Assembly (NCBI GenBank): GCA_963766335.1
Contig: CAVXZA010000002.1
Coordinates: forward strand, 1,615,530-1,679,529
Direction of reading: 5' to 3'
DNA: 64,000 nucleotides
DNA from: an uncultured Clostridia bacterium
GTDB taxonomy: Bacteria; Bacillota; Clostridia; DUPQ01
The notes under the pieces were generated by a model, which searched no databases, was not told the DNA's origin, and saw only the letters and a list, made by a program, of their open reading frames with translations. Shown piece after piece: positions 63,304-64,000 of the stretch; the first letter of the stretch is position 1; every line of letters starts with the position of its first letter. The position numbers and the translations under genes are program-made.

Positions 63304-64000
63304 ATGGTTGATTCAATTTATAAGAAAATGGACTTCAGGACCAAGAGGATTAGCACTTATGACAGAAGCGGCGGGAACATTGATTCTATTCGCATAGCGC
63401 CCGGCGAATCCAAAATAATTGCTGATATCCGGGGACCTGGAATCATAAGCCATATCTGGATGACTTCCTTTGGGAAATGGGGTCCTGATGATGAAAGGGA
63501 CTTTGATTCTCTAACTCTTAGAAAAATGCTTATCAAAATATTCTGGGACGATGAAAATGAACCATCGATTTATGCTCCAGTCGGGGATTTCTTCAATCTC
63601 GGACATGCCCGTGCTTATACTCATCAGAGCGTCTTTTTCAGCAGTACATGCAATGCAACGATTGAGGGAACTGAAAGCCCACGGGTCGCAATGAACAGCT
63701 GGATTCCCATGCCATTTAATAGAAGAGCCCGTTTGGAACTTGTCAATGAACAGGAAAAACCCGTAATAACATATTTCTATATTGACTACCAGGAGCATGA
63801 TTCGCTTTCTGCTGATGCCATGTATCTTCACGCAAGTTGGAAAAGGGTTAGAAGAAATGAAAAGTTTAAAATGAAAAACGGAAAAAATCTTAGCGACAAA
63901 GATAATTATCTGGTTCTGGAAGCCGAGGGCCGGGGAACTTATATAGGCATGAATATGAGCGTTGATAATATTGAGGGAGGCTGGTGGGGCGAAGGCGACG
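63304..64000 (+). CDS. DUF2961 (GH172-like) domain protein, 3'-partial (runs off window)
   Basis: MVDSIYKKMDF...IADIRGPGIISHIWMT...YFYIDYQEH...GGWWGEGD, characteristic of DUF2961. Not in ORF track because no stop codon within window. Confidence 0.6.
   Translation, partial: MVDSIYKKMDFRTKRISTYDRSGGNIDSIRIAPGESKIIADIRGPGIISHIWMTSFGKWGPDDERDFDSLTLRKMLIKIFWDDENEPSIYAPVGDFFNLGHARAYTHQSVFFSSTCNATIEGTESPRVAMNSWIPMPFNRRARLELVNEQEKPVITYFYIDYQEHDSLSADAMYLHASWKRVRRNEKFKMKNGKNLSDKDNYLVLEAEGRGTYIGMNMSVDNIEGGWWGEGD

Overview
64 kb window from a low-GC (about 40%) bacterium with Firmicutes-like organisation: GGAGG-type ribosome-binding sites, a cdaA-cdaR-glmM-glmS cluster with a glmS ribozyme, and a T-box leader on alaS. 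Recognisable core genes: a methyl-THF:corrinoid methyltransferase-like gene, M32 carboxypeptidase, cdaA/cdaR, glmM, glmS, a ferredoxin, GH2 beta-galactosidase plus a GH36-like alpha-galactosidase, two MATE exporters, MazG, an Fpg/Nei-family glycosylase, CYTH, TraX, a UvrD/PcrA helicase, a PAS-GGDEF-HD-GYP protein, an aldo/keto reductase, an AEC transporter, alaS, HIT, purA, rpsU, engB, a LysR regulator and a Vga/Lsa-type ABC-F protein. Notable non-core content: (1) a 2512-aa lipoprotein with repeated FN3-like modules, an acidic low-complexity region, a Pro/Ile-rich linker and a C-terminal region ending in an outer-membrane beta-barrel-like signature; (2) convergent to it, a 969-aa membrane sensor fusing PHP phosphoesterase, Cache, PAS and a DUF294-type nucleotidyltransferase; (3) an AT-rich islet with a TupA-like ATP-grasp gene bounded by a tRNA-Val 3' fragment and an orphan terminator; (4) a tRNA-Leu(TAG) locus with a duplicated 3'-end or terminator module; (5) small Cys-containing peptide genes and a perfect 33-nt palindrome upstream of the galactosidase genes; (6) an Fpg/Nei homolog with Ile in place of the N-terminal catalytic Pro. 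The ORF track missed rpsU, a 41-aa peptide and the 3'-partial DUF2961 gene. No CRISPR array, transposase or integrase gene was seen.
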